The notes: generated by a model from the letters alone, not told the origin. A stretch of DNA of 64,000 nt from an uncultured Bacteroidaceae bacterium (GCA_964599875.1 CAZRHE010000006.1:3246-67245), one strand, 5' to 3'. Numbered from the stretch's first letter, positions 47,355 through 56,150 are shown. A program made the numbers and translations.

Positions 47355-48156
47355 CGACTTCACTTCCCTATTCAAAGCGGATTTATATAGGCTCTATCAT
47401 CTTAAATGCATATATATCGCACCCGCTATTATGCTCGCTTTGATTCTAATAAATTATGCGGTTATGTGGACGCAAAATTCACTTATCGAGGGAGCGGAAA
47501 TACCCAACGAAATCATAGGTGAATTGTTGAGCGGCAAAGATATGCTTTTCTCTGCAAGTTCATATATCGACGTAGGGCTGTTTATGGCGATAATATGCGG
47601 CATTTTCATAGGCGGAGAATTCGCGTGCGGCACCGTAAAACTCACCGTCGCAAGAGGCGCAAGTCGCGTGGAATTTTATCTTTCTAAATGGCTGACACTA
47701 TGCCTACTCTCCGTCGCATACACCCTTACGTCTTTCCTTATCTGCGGAATTTTGACGGCGATAAGCGGATACGGTCAGACGTTTGACGGCGGTGAATTTG
47801 CACTCCTGCTCCGCGCGATTTCCTTGCAAATTTTGATTGCAATCGCATCCACGAGCATATACGTCGCGATAGCCTTTTTCACCCGCACGCAAGGCGCGAC
47901 TATCGGCACCACGATTGCGCTTTACATATTAGTCAGCGTGATTTCCGAGGCGATAGTAATCGTCGCGCTTGCGGAAGAAAACTATTCCCTACTCGATTAC
48001 GCCTACTTCACACCCTCTTTGCAACTCACGAACGCATCTTCACACGACGCTTACACGACGGGTCAAATTTTGCAAGTGATACTCATTCCGCTTGCATACG
48101 TAGCAGCGGCACTCGGAATCGGAATCCCGACCTTTATAAAACGAGATATCAAATAA
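47344..48156 (+). CDS. ABC-2 family transporter permease
   Basis: Start at ATG 47344, preceded by GGGAGGTG and overlapping the ATPase gene end. 6 TM-like segments. Confidence 0.75.
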   Translation: MKNNDFTSLFKADLYRLYHLKCIYIAPAIMLALILINYAVMWTQNSLIEGAEIPNEIIGELLSGKDMLFSASSYIDVGLFMAIICGIFIGGEFACGTVKLTVARGASRVEFYLSKWLTLCLLSVAYTLTSFLICGILTAISGYGQTFDGGEFALLLRAISLQILIAIASTSIYVAIAFFTRTQGATIGTTIALYILVSVISEAIVIVALAEENYSLLDYAYFTPSLQLTNASSHDAYTTGQILQVILIPLAYVAAALGIGIPTFIKRDIK

Positions 48157-48193
48157 CAAATTTCGACAAAATACGATTATAATCAGACAAATC

Positions 48194-48220
48194 AAAAAGC
48201 ACTCTTTACGAGTGCTTTTT
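48194..48220. terminator. bidirectional intrinsic terminator (ABC operon / SRP RNA)
   Basis: Stem GCACTC/GAGTGC with flanking A5 and T5 runs. Confidence 0.75.
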
Positions 48221-48225
48221 GAATA

Positions 48226-48490
48226 CCGTGCGCCGACTCCGACAATTCATACCGAAGCGGTAGCCGAATAGGTGACTCCTCCAAAGTTTCCCCGTGGCAC
48301 ACGCGTCTTTTCGCTTAGTGCTGCTGCGGTCAAGCTCTGACACGGTTCACGACGACGCATTGCACGGGACCTTGCTATCAACGTTCCTTGTTCGACGCGG
48401 CCAACCATACGAAAGGCCTCGATCGGTGTTCGACACTGCTATGGCGGATTGCAGTTTACAGGGCACCGCCAACTCCCCGTTTAGCACGGC
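48226..48490 (-). ncRNA. ffs: SRP RNA, long Bacillus-type with Alu domain
   Basis: The minus strand reads GCCGTGCTAAACGGGGAGTTGGCGGTGCCCTGTAAACTGCAATCCGCC..., close to the B. subtilis scRNA 5' domain as I remember it. ...GAACCGTGTCAG...AGCAGC... matches the domain IV flanks. The 5' GCCGTGC can pair with the 3' GCACGG. It has its own promoter and terminator. Confidence 0.8.
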
Positions 48491-48496
48491 TTTTGT

Positions 48497-48525
48497 ATTA
48501 TATCATCTCAATAATATTTTTGCAA
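48497..48525 (-). promoter_or_regulatory. sigma-A type promoter (TTGCAA-17-TATAAT) for SRP RNA
   Basis: Read on the minus strand: TATAAT = 48502-48497, TTGCAA = 48525-48520. Confidence 0.65.
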
Positions 48526-48611
48526 CAAAAAATTATTTGAGTATTGATTTCGTAAAATCATTGTGATAATATAATAGTTGAACTGTAAACTTATATGATA
48601 CGAGGTGAAAC

Positions 48612-49454
48612 ATGCACGCAAGGATTTTGACCATTCAAGATTATTCGTCCGTCGGGCGTTGTTCGCTCACGGCAGCACTCCCAATACTCTCCGCTTGCGG
48701 ACACGACGCAGTAGGTTTGCCGACCGCACTCCTATCCACTCAAACGGCGGGCATAACGGGCTTTACTTTCAACGATTTAGGCTCTAATATGCTCCCCAGT
48801 TTCCGCCATTGGATGAGCCTTAATATCAAATTCGACTGTCTATATACGGGTTTCATCGGCACTATGGAAACCGTTGACGCGACGCTGGAAATTGCAAAAG
48901 AACTCAAAAAACAAGGCACTCTCATCGCAATCGACCCCGCTTGCGCGGAAGGCGGAAAACTCTACGCGATATTCGACGACGCATACAAAGACAAGATATT
49001 CGAACTTTGCGCCCTTGCGGATATAGTCATGCCCAACTTTACCGAAGGTAAAATGCTTGCGGATTTGTCCCTTGACCTCGACCCCACCATCGAAAACGCA
49101 AGAATGATACTCAAAATTCTCGACCACAAAGGATATAAAAAGGTGTTGCTCAGCGGCATAATCGACGACGATAAACAAGGCGTCGCATCCCTTGTCGACG
49201 GCAAAATCTCTTTCCAATTCAACGAGCATTTCAACGAATACATTCACGGCGCGGGAGATTGCCTCTCCTCCGCTTTCATCGGCAAACTCATGGCGGGACA
49301 ACCCTTTGAAAAGGCGGCGCAAAGCGCAGTGGATTTCTGCCACGAATGTATCGGCGTTTCTCTCAAAGAAAAAGTAGATTTGAGATTCGGTCTTCTCATC
49401 GAAAGAGCACTGCCCTCTCTCATCCGTCCCGCTACACAAAAGAAGAAAAAGTAA
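48612..49454 (+). CDS. pdxK: pyridoxal/pyridoxamine kinase
   Basis: 280 aa. ILTIQDYSSVGRCSLTAALPILSACG N-terminus typical of the PdxK/PdxY ribokinase-fold family. Confidence 0.78.
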   Translation: MHARILTIQDYSSVGRCSLTAALPILSACGHDAVGLPTALLSTQTAGITGFTFNDLGSNMLPSFRHWMSLNIKFDCLYTGFIGTMETVDATLEIAKELKKQGTLIAIDPACAEGGKLYAIFDDAYKDKIFELCALADIVMPNFTEGKMLADLSLDLDPTIENARMILKILDHKGYKKVLLSGIIDDDKQGVASLVDGKISFQFNEHFNEYIHGAGDCLSSAFIGKLMAGQPFEKAAQSAVDFCHECIGVSLKEKVDLRFGLLIERALPSLIRPATQKKKK

Positions 49455-49486
49455 TCTTACTAAATAACTCAATAAAATTCGTATAG

Positions 49487-49516
49487 AAAAAGCGCACTCT
49501 GCCGAGTGCGCTTTTC
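49487..49516. terminator. bidirectional intrinsic terminator
   Basis: 9-bp stem AGCGCACTC/GAGTGCGCT, loop TGCC, flanked by A4 and T4. Confidence 0.8.
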
Positions 49517-49529
49517 ATACTTATTGAGA

Positions 49530-51596
49530 TTATTTCTTTGCGGCTGCTTCTTCTTTACGTTTCTTCGCGTCTTCGATAATCTTCGCGTTTGCGGACGCGG
49601 GGACTTCTTCGTATCTTGCGAGTTCCATAGTGAAACGTCCTCTGCCTTGAGTCATGGAACGAAGGTCGGTCGCATAACGGAACATTTCCGCCTGAGGCAC
49701 TTCTGCGGTGATGACTTGTTTTGCACCTTCCGCATCGGTGAAGAGAATACGACCTCTACGCTTGTTCATATCGCCGAGGATGTCGCCGAGATAATCGGAG
49801 GGAACGGTGATTTTTGCAGTCATGATAGGTTCGAGGAAGCAAGGGGACGCCTTTGCGCACGCATCGTCGTAAGAGAGTTTCGCCGCGATGACGAATGCGA
49901 TTTCCTTACTATCGACGGGGTGATACTTGCCGTCGTAAAGGGTCGCTTTGAGGTTGACCATAGGATATCCTGCGAGGACGCCTTCTTTGATTGCTTCGCG
50001 AAGACCTTTTTCGACTGCGGGGATGAATTGTCTGGGGACTGCGCCGCCGACGATTGCGTCCACGAATTCGAATTCGCCGTCTTCCGCACCGGGTTCAAAC
50101 TTAATCCAAACGTCGCCGAATTGTCCTGCGCCGCCCGATTGTTTCTTATGTTTGCCTTCTGCGGATGCTTCTTTGCGGATGGTTTCTTTATATGCGACTC
50201 TGGGTTCAGACCAAGAAATGTCGATACCGAGTTTGTTTTTGACTCTCTTGCACATAATGTCGAGTTGTGCTTCGCCGAGGCCGCTGATGAGGACGTCGCC
50301 GGTCACAACGTTCTTTTCGACTTTGAAGGTTGCGTCTTCGTCTTGCATCTTGATAAGACCTTGGATTGCCTTTTCCTCGTCCTTATTTGCAGAAACCGCG
50401 TAAGAGATGACGGGTTGAGGGAATTCAATCTTGTCGTAGGACAATTTGAAGTCGGGAGCAGAGAGAGTGTCGTTGGTGTTAGTGTAAACGAGTTTTGCGA
50501 GTGCGCCGATATCGCCTGCTTCGAGGAGATCGACAGATTCTTGTTTCTTGCCTTTGAGGACGTAGAGTGCGCCTGCTTTTTCGGGTTTTTCCGCAGCGTT
50601 GTTGTACATTGCGTCACCGCTTGCGAGTTTGCCGCTCATAACCTTGAAGATGAGCAACTTACCGACGTACGGGTCGACGATGGATTTGAAGACTTGCGCG
50701 CTGAAAGGTGCGTTGGAATCGCATGCGATTTCCTTGACTTCTCCGCCGACGTTCGCTTTGGGGCGACGTGCTTTCGCTGGATTGGGCATATAATCGACGA
50801 TTTTGTCGAGGAGGCTGACGACGCCGGTAGACGTGGTCGCGTTGCCTGCCATAAGAGGAATAAACGCGTCGGTTGCGATTGCGGTGTGAATGCCGACTTG
50901 GATTTCTTCCGCGGTGAATTCTTCACCTTCGAAGAATTTCATCATAAGGTCTTCGTCGGTTTCGGCAACCATTTCGATGAGTTTGCCCTTGTATTCTTCG
51001 ACTTTTGCTTGGACGTCTGCGGGGACTGCCATTTCTTTGCCGTTGAGGTCGATACCTTTGCCGGTGAAGACGTCTGCCGCACCGATCATCTTGCCGCCTT
51101 CGATAATGGGCAATTCGATAGGAATGACTTTATTGTATTTTGCGGTAATTGCGTCGACGGTGCCGTTGAAGTCGCTGTTTTCTTTGTTGATTGCGTTGAC
51201 GAAAATGAACGCGGGGACTTCTTTTTCAAAGCACATGTCGAGAGCCTTTTCGGTGCCGACGGTGAGAGAACCGCTTGCAGAGGTCACGACGATTGCGCTG
51301 TCTGCTGCGTGAAGTGCCGCAACCATTTCGCCTTCGAAGTCGAAAAAGCCGGGGACGTCGAGAATATTGATTTTGGTGTCGCGATGGATTGCATACGCAA
51401 CGCCCATGCTAATCGATATTTTACGTTTGATTTCTTCGTCGTCGAAGTCCATCGTGGAGTTGCCGTCGTCGACTTTTCCAAGACGGTCTACGGTTTTGGT
51501 CGCGAACAACATTGCTTCGGCGAGAGAAGTTTTGCCTTCGCCGGAGTGTCCGATGAGGGCTACGTTACGGATAAAATCTGTAGAGAATGCTTTCAT
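49530..51596 (-). CDS. elongation factor G-family GTPase (EF-G paralog)
   Basis: 688 aa. G1 IGHSGEGKTS and G3 DVPG. EF-G domains II-V are recognisable. Confidence 0.88.
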   Translation of the reverse strand: MKAFSTDFIRNVALIGHSGEGKTSLAEAMLFATKTVDRLGKVDDGNSTMDFDDEEIKRKISISMGVAYAIHRDTKINILDVPGFFDFEGEMVAALHAADSAIVVTSASGSLTVGTEKALDMCFEKEVPAFIFVNAINKENSDFNGTVDAITAKYNKVIPIELPIIEGGKMIGAADVFTGKGIDLNGKEMAVPADVQAKVEEYKGKLIEMVAETDEDLMMKFFEGEEFTAEEIQVGIHTAIATDAFIPLMAGNATTSTGVVSLLDKIVDYMPNPAKARRPKANVGGEVKEIACDSNAPFSAQVFKSIVDPYVGKLLIFKVMSGKLASGDAMYNNAAEKPEKAGALYVLKGKKQESVDLLEAGDIGALAKLVYTNTNDTLSAPDFKLSYDKIEFPQPVISYAVSANKDEEKAIQGLIKMQDEDATFKVEKNVVTGDVLISGLGEAQLDIMCKRVKNKLGIDISWSEPRVAYKETIRKEASAEGKHKKQSGGAGQFGDVWIKFEPGAEDGEFEFVDAIVGGAVPRQFIPAVEKGLREAIKEGVLAGYPMVNLKATLYDGKYHPVDSKEIAFVIAAKLSYDDACAKASPCFLEPIMTAKITVPSDYLGDILGDMNKRRGRILFTDAEGAKQVITAEVPQAEMFRYATDLRSMTQGRGRFTMELARYEEVPASANAKIIEDAKKRKEEAAAKK

Positions 51597-51727
51597 TACT
51601 TTACCTCAATAAGTTAATTCTTAACTATGATACAATAATTGACGAAACTTGGCAAGCAAAAATTACCCGTCGAAGAGGGATTTTTGAAATTTGTCAACCG
51701 AGCGGCGTTTTCGGCATAAACTTAATT

Positions 51728-52435
51728 ATGCTTACAATCGGCGTATACGACAGCGGAATAGGCGGACTAACCACGCTTTCAAGGCTCATAAAATCATTCG
51801 GCGGACAAAAATTCGTCTACTTTGCGGACAACCTAAATATGCCTTTCGGGACGAAAGAGGACGAAAAATTGAAACCAATCCTGCAAAATAGTCTTGAAAA
51901 ACTCAAAAATTTAAGTGACATGCAAGTTATCGCCTGCAATACGGCGTCCGTACTCTTGAAACCGCGGGACGTTTTTACCCTGCAACCTCGCATTGAAAAT
52001 TACTCCCCGTCCTCAACTCTATTGATTGCAACTCCGTCAACCATTAGAAATTCAGAGGCTGATGATAAAGGATATCTCACGGCGGACACAAAAGATCTTG
52101 CTACGCTCGTGGAAATCGCGGCGAATTTGTGCTATAAAAAACGAGATTTCGACTTTAGGTTATTGCACGAATATCTTGAAAGCAAATTAAGGAAATTTCA
52201 CGACGTTTCCGATATTCTAATCGGGTGTTCTCACTACGTATACCTAAACGACGAAATAAAATCCATACTGAAAAACGCAAATCTCGACGACGGAAACGAA
52301 TACGTAGTCGAGGGACTTAAACCGTTAATCAAATTCATGGACGGGAAACCTGATATCAAGTTTGTTTTCAGCGGTCAAAACGAAGAAAATAAATACGAAT
52401 GGTTGCTTTCAAACTTAATTTACGAACAAAAATAA
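51728..52435 (+). CDS. murI: glutamate racemase
   Basis: I trimmed the start to ATG 51728 (MLTIGVYDSGIGGLT). Catalytic Cys motifs ACNTAS and GCSHY. No clear SD, so the start is uncertain. Confidence 0.85.
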   Translation: MLTIGVYDSGIGGLTTLSRLIKSFGGQKFVYFADNLNMPFGTKEDEKLKPILQNSLEKLKNLSDMQVIACNTASVLLKPRDVFTLQPRIENYSPSSTLLIATPSTIRNSEADDKGYLTADTKDLATLVEIAANLCYKKRDFDFRLLHEYLESKLRKFHDVSDILIGCSHYVYLNDEIKSILKNANLDDGNEYVVEGLKPLIKFMDGKPDIKFVFSGQNEENKYEWLLSNLIYEQK

Positions 52436-52499
52436 TCCGCGATAGACAAATATCGACAAAATTCGCAATAATTGATTTTTCCGATATTCTAACGAGGTT

Positions 52500-53396
52500 T
52501 TATTTCAAAAACGCCGCGTTGATTGCATTTGCGATAACGGTTGACGAAGTTTCGACGAGTGCGGTTACGTCTTTCGGTGCGACGACAAGCCGCGACAACC
52601 CTTTTTCTTCTACTATACGGCGCATATTAAACTCGTCAACGGTGCCCGAAACGTATTCCCCGACAAAATCGTAGATAAGAGAGCGCATGGACAGCACAAG
52701 GGGCACGCCTATCGCAACGACGGGTATTCCGAGAGATTTTTTGTCGATTGCGGGACGAGCGCGATATACTCCGCTCCCCGGAGAAATACCCGCCGTCGTC
52801 AGTTGATATGAGTTACCTAATCTTCTCACGGCGGAAGTCGAGAGAGCGTCCACGACTATCACCGCACACGGTTTCACTCTGTCTACGACGGCACTCACGA
52901 TTTCACTGGATTCAATCCCGGTCTTCCCCGCAACTCCCGTAGAAATCGCGCAAAGCCTCGTCTTTTTGCTCCCGCCGATTTCGGGATTCAATCTATTTGA
53001 AAGCACCTTGTCGATGGTTTTATTGCCGAGAGCGTCCGCAAGCACGGATGAGTTTCCAAGTCCCACAACCAAAATCGTGGGCGACTGCGGCAAAACGCCC
53101 AGCATATTTTTGAGTGCGTTTGCAATTTTCCCCGACAAATATTCGTTTGCCTTTTTATCCGAATCCCCGCTGTCATAAGTGACGTAAAGCCCCATATTTT
53201 TGCCGAGTTTTCGCTCGAGTTCGAGATTTTTAACGTTGACGGTGATTTCTTTTATGCCGTAGGATAGGTTTTTTATTGCGGAAAAATCCTTGCCTTTTCC
53301 TTCTTCGAGGCAGTCAACCGCCATATCGGTGTCGAAAAACGTTGGTTTCATAAAAATATTGTGTGCAAATATCGAATAGTCAAGTTTTTTTATCAA
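52500..53396 (-). CDS. gpr: germination protease GPR
   Basis: TDMAVD near the N-terminus and VVGLGNSSVLADALG. The start is uncertain (TTG 53396 or ATG 53351; neither has an SD). Confidence 0.8.
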   Translation of the reverse strand: MIKKLDYSIFAHNIFMKPTFFDTDMAVDCLEEGKGKDFSAIKNLSYGIKEITVNVKNLELERKLGKNMGLYVTYDSGDSDKKANEYLSGKIANALKNMLGVLPQSPTILVVGLGNSSVLADALGNKTIDKVLSNRLNPEIGGSKKTRLCAISTGVAGKTGIESSEIVSAVVDRVKPCAVIVVDALSTSAVRRLGNSYQLTTAGISPGSGVYRARPAIDKKSLGIPVVAIGVPLVLSMRSLIYDFVGEYVSGTVDEFNMRRIVEEKGLSRLVVAPKDVTALVETSSTVIANAINAAFLK

Positions 53397-53428
53397 ATTT
53401 TTAGAAAAAAATTTTAAAGATCTTAAAA

Positions 53429-54775
53429 AATGCTACAATTTGAATGGCAAAACGTTTCTCAAGGCAATTGCAATTGTCTTGAGAAACTATCGAATCGCAA
53501 ATTAAGTTGAAAATGTTATATGCGAAAAATCCGTCACATTGGACGGTTTATTTTTTTTGAAAATACACTTTCAAAAAAACTATTATAGTAACGCTAATTG
53601 TTCTGCAAACTTTTCGTTTGCTGTCCCGTAATCAAAGATTGCGCGAGGATAATCGTTCAACCAATCTTGCACGAACTGAATTTGTTCATCCGTATAATCT
53701 CTAAAGTTTATGCCTTTCGGCAAATGCCGTCGAATATCTCTATTCAATCGTTCGTTTGTGCCACGTTCACAAGACGTATACGGATGACAGTAATATACTT
53801 GTGTTCGTTTGCCCGTATATATTGAACGCTCCATGCCTTTTGAATCAGAGAATTCAACGCCGTTATCTATGGTTATACTTTTGAATACATCCTTAAATCT
53901 CACACCGAATTTCTGTTCGAGTTCATCCAAACTTTTAACAACGGTTTCCGTCTTGCGATTAGGCATTTTTATAATTATCTCATAACGTGTCAAACGTTCC
54001 GAAAGAACCAGCAACACGTCTTTTGTAGACTTTTTCCCTATCACGCAATCCATCTCCCAGTTGCCAAAAGTATTTCTATCGTTTATTTCCGCCGGGCGTT
54101 TTTCAATGCTTGTTCCACTTGGAGCACGCTTGACGACTATTTTCCGATATTTCTTTTTATGTCTATACATAGGGCAATCACTCATTTTGAGGTGAGGAAA
54201 GTATCCTTTTTCGATATATCGATACAATGTCGTTTTACTTATATCGGTCTCGAAAAGCTTATAACGTTTAATCTCTCCAAGTACGGCGCACGGAGATATT
54301 TTATCCTCGAGTACGCGTTTTTCGACATAGTTCACAAAATCGTAATCTTTTCCCAATTTAATAGGTGCTCCGTGGGCAGTCTGATTGATTCTATATCTAT
54401 CTTCGGCAATATTTGCACTATAAGAATCAACCATTTTATAGCGTCTATCTCCAAACCAATCTGCACGCTTGAGTGTTTTATGCTGATAATAACCTCTTTG
54501 TAATTCCCGATAAATTGTAGAAATGGAAACACCTAATTGCTCGGCAATTAACTTTTTATGTAAACCCTCTTTTAATAGTGCTTCTAATTGAATACGTTGT
54601 GTTAATGTTAAATTTTTTGTGCCTTTCTTTTTCATAGTACCGTCACCCTCCTTCGTATTATCAATTAAATTGTTTTCACAGCATTTTGTTCAAACAAATC
54701 AAATATTACTTTCTAACAAAAAAAATATCATATTGGCTCTTCCCTTGTCAATTCCCTAAAAAGCAACATTCTAAT
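53429..54775 (-). mobile_element. IS30-family insertion sequence (boundaries approximate)
   Basis: It contains the IS30 transposase gene. There are only weak, imperfect terminal similarities (AATGCTACAATTTGAATGGCAAA at about 53429 versus the reverse complement of about 54745-54770), so the ends are not established. A TTGACA-18-TATTTT promoter-like site lies near 54750 on the minus strand. Confidence 0.5.
53583..54635 (-). CDS. IS30-family transposase
   Basis: 350 aa. N-terminal HTH (LTLTQRIQLEALLKEG..STIYRELQRG). DDE region NWEMDCV ... ITIDNGVEF ... ERGTNERLNRDIRRHLPKG. GAAGGAGGG SD. Confidence 0.93.
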   Translation of the reverse strand: MKKKGTKNLTLTQRIQLEALLKEGLHKKLIAEQLGVSISTIYRELQRGYYQHKTLKRADWFGDRRYKMVDSYSANIAEDRYRINQTAHGAPIKLGKDYDFVNYVEKRVLEDKISPCAVLGEIKRYKLFETDISKTTLYRYIEKGYFPHLKMSDCPMYRHKKKYRKIVVKRAPSGTSIEKRPAEINDRNTFGNWEMDCVIGKKSTKDVLLVLSERLTRYEIIIKMPNRKTETVVKSLDELEQKFGVRFKDVFKSITIDNGVEFSDSKGMERSIYTGKRTQVYYCHPYTSCERGTNERLNRDIRRHLPKGINFRDYTDEQIQFVQDWLNDYPRAIFDYGTANEKFAEQLALL

Positions 54776-54796
54776 TATGGTCTTCTAGCAATCTTA

Positions 54797-55222
54797 ACGG
54801 CGGCGCCATTGATATGTGGATGAATCTTCGATTAACCCACATACCAACCGCTCTTTCCGCCGTAGGCTATCGCGGAAGTTTGAATGAGCCTATCAATGAT
54901 AGCAACATATCATTTATTAAGTAACAGAACTCTTCTTGCCTAGCGTGCTAACGCTTGAGGTCCCCCTACCCCCAAAAAATATTGACGATTTCTCGTCCGG
55001 CGCACCTGAACTTTTACATCCGATGCCTACGGCTCATTTTATCAGCGTGGGCTGAGCCATCATCGATTTTATCAGTCTGTCAGATTTGCCATTTCTAACA
55101 ATGATTGCGCTTTGCGCACTCGATGCGTTTATAACCCTACTCCGTATCGGCGGAGTGCATCACCCGTTCTCATATATTCTCTTCGAAGGTTGAACCTTCT
55201 CTCGCATTCTCGTATGTATACG
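54797..55222. other. hairpin-dense non-coding region (candidate structured RNA or ssDNA origin-like region)
   Basis: No ORF of 60 aa or more in any frame between 54636 and 55251. At least ten stem-loops are readable by eye, including the nested pair ACGGCGG(54797)/CCGCCGT(54857) enclosing TATGTGG(54813)/CCACATA(54837), AGCGT-GCTA-ACGCT(54942), ACTCCG/CGGAGT(55139) and GAAGG/CCTTC(55185). Confidence 0.5.
55036..55075. repeat. direct repeats ATTTTATCAG x2, 30 bp apart
   Basis: Exact 10-mers at 55036-55045 and 55066-55075. A related CATCGATTTTGATTTT occurs at about 56103-56118. Confidence 0.6.
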
Positions 55223-55251
55223 TGCGATATTATTGATACAACTTGTTTTTT

Positions 55252-55587
55252 TTAAAACTTGGATACGATGCCTAATATGTACCACAGCCGATTATGGATC
55301 TTATCCGAATTCTTATATAGGGCATCAGTTACTTTACATAATTTTGCGTATGTAAAATTGTCTGCAACCCTGATAAAATCCGTTGCGCTCATGGTGCGTC
55401 CGTTAAACACGCGCGGCTTTTGCAACGTGCATCCTACAGCTATTGCGTCGAAAACTTCTTGAAATATCTCATAAAATACCGGTTCGACCGGAGGAAATTT
55501 AGCACCGAATCTTCTTCGGTTTTCCTCTTCGATGACATCTGCGACTTTTTCTGCGTAATAAATTCTACGTTCTTCTTTGATTGACAT
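55252..55587 (-). CDS. hypothetical protein (possible HTH)
   Basis: 111 aa, ATG preceded by GAGGA. The segment MSATDFIRVADNFTYAKLCKVTDAL could be an HTH. I recognise no family. Confidence 0.6.
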   Translation of the reverse strand: MSIKEERRIYYAEKVADVIEEENRRRFGAKFPPVEPVFYEIFQEVFDAIAVGCTLQKPRVFNGRTMSATDFIRVADNFTYAKLCKVTDALYKNSDKIHNRLWYILGIVSKF

Positions 55588-55689
55588 AATTTTCCTCGAT
55601 TATATTACTCCCCCTTACCCCCGTGCAAAACGGGGATTTAGAGCATTATATTTTGTTAGATTTATCTAAACGCGCGACCGCGCGAACTT

Positions 55690-55944
55690 CTACTTATCAT
55701 ATTTTCGGATAAACGGTATTACGTTATCCGTGATTGCATCTCGAGTGGATCGATATTTATATTCCTTCATATCTACATCTCTATACCAAATTTTCACCTC
55801 GTGATAATTCTTCGAAGTTTGTCTATATTGCAACATGAACGAATTGCCATAGTAATTAAACCCGTTCTCAACCTCAAAATATTTTTTTGCATTGTCTCCT
55901 TCTCGTATCGATGCTGCAAGTTTCGTGAAATATTTCTCTTCCAT
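55690..55944 (-). CDS. hypothetical protein
   Basis: I trimmed the start to ATG 55944, preceded by GAAGAGGA. 84 aa. A GC-rich hairpin CGCGC-GGTC-GCGCG plus TTT follows its stop. Confidence 0.55.
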   Translation of the reverse strand: MEEKYFTKLAASIREGDNAKKYFEVENGFNYYGNSFMLQYRQTSKNYHEVKIWYRDVDMKEYKYRSTRDAITDNVIPFIRKYDK

Positions 55945-56031
55945 ATCAGATCCTCTTCCGTCCCAAAAATTTTCAAATTTTGAGGGGACAAGTCCCAACA
56001 AAATTTTTTATTGTGATACTATGTATCCCAA

Positions 56032-56070
56032 TTCGATGCGGATTTTTGATATATGATTATCCGCATCGAA
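56032..56070. repeat. perfect 12-bp inverted repeat TTCGATGCGGAT / ATCCGCATCGAA with 15-nt spacer
   Basis: Arms at 56032-56043 and 56059-56070. A second hairpin GGCTC-CTTC-GAGCC lies at 56086-56099. Confidence 0.8.
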
Positions 56071-56150
56071 CTACAAAATCGGCTCGGCTCCTTCGAGCCT
56101 ACGCATCGATTTTGATTTTCCATTTATTATGTCAAAAACGGATATGTGTC

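Noticed and set aside
55036-55075. A CRISPR array or other long tandem repeat array.
   Set aside because: Only two 10-nt copies exist. There are no repeat-spacer periodicity and no cas genes anywhere in the window.
54700-55250. An ORF-less group II intron, suggested by the size of about 600 nt, GTGCG pentamers and a GAGCCGTAGGC string resembling domain V.
   Set aside because: On the minus strand the D5-like string precedes the GTGCG candidates, which is the wrong order. It does not form the 14-bp D5 hairpin with a GNRA loop. I found no D6 bulged-A helix or IBS/EBS logic.
55581-55609. A fourth plus-strand promoter (TTGACA-16/17-TATTAC/ATTACT) at the start of the 111-aa gene.
   Set aside because: The TTGACA is just the complement of the ATG-TCA-A start codons. 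The -10 candidates lack the invariant final T or the initial TA. The downstream CCCCG/CGGGG hairpin has no T-tract.
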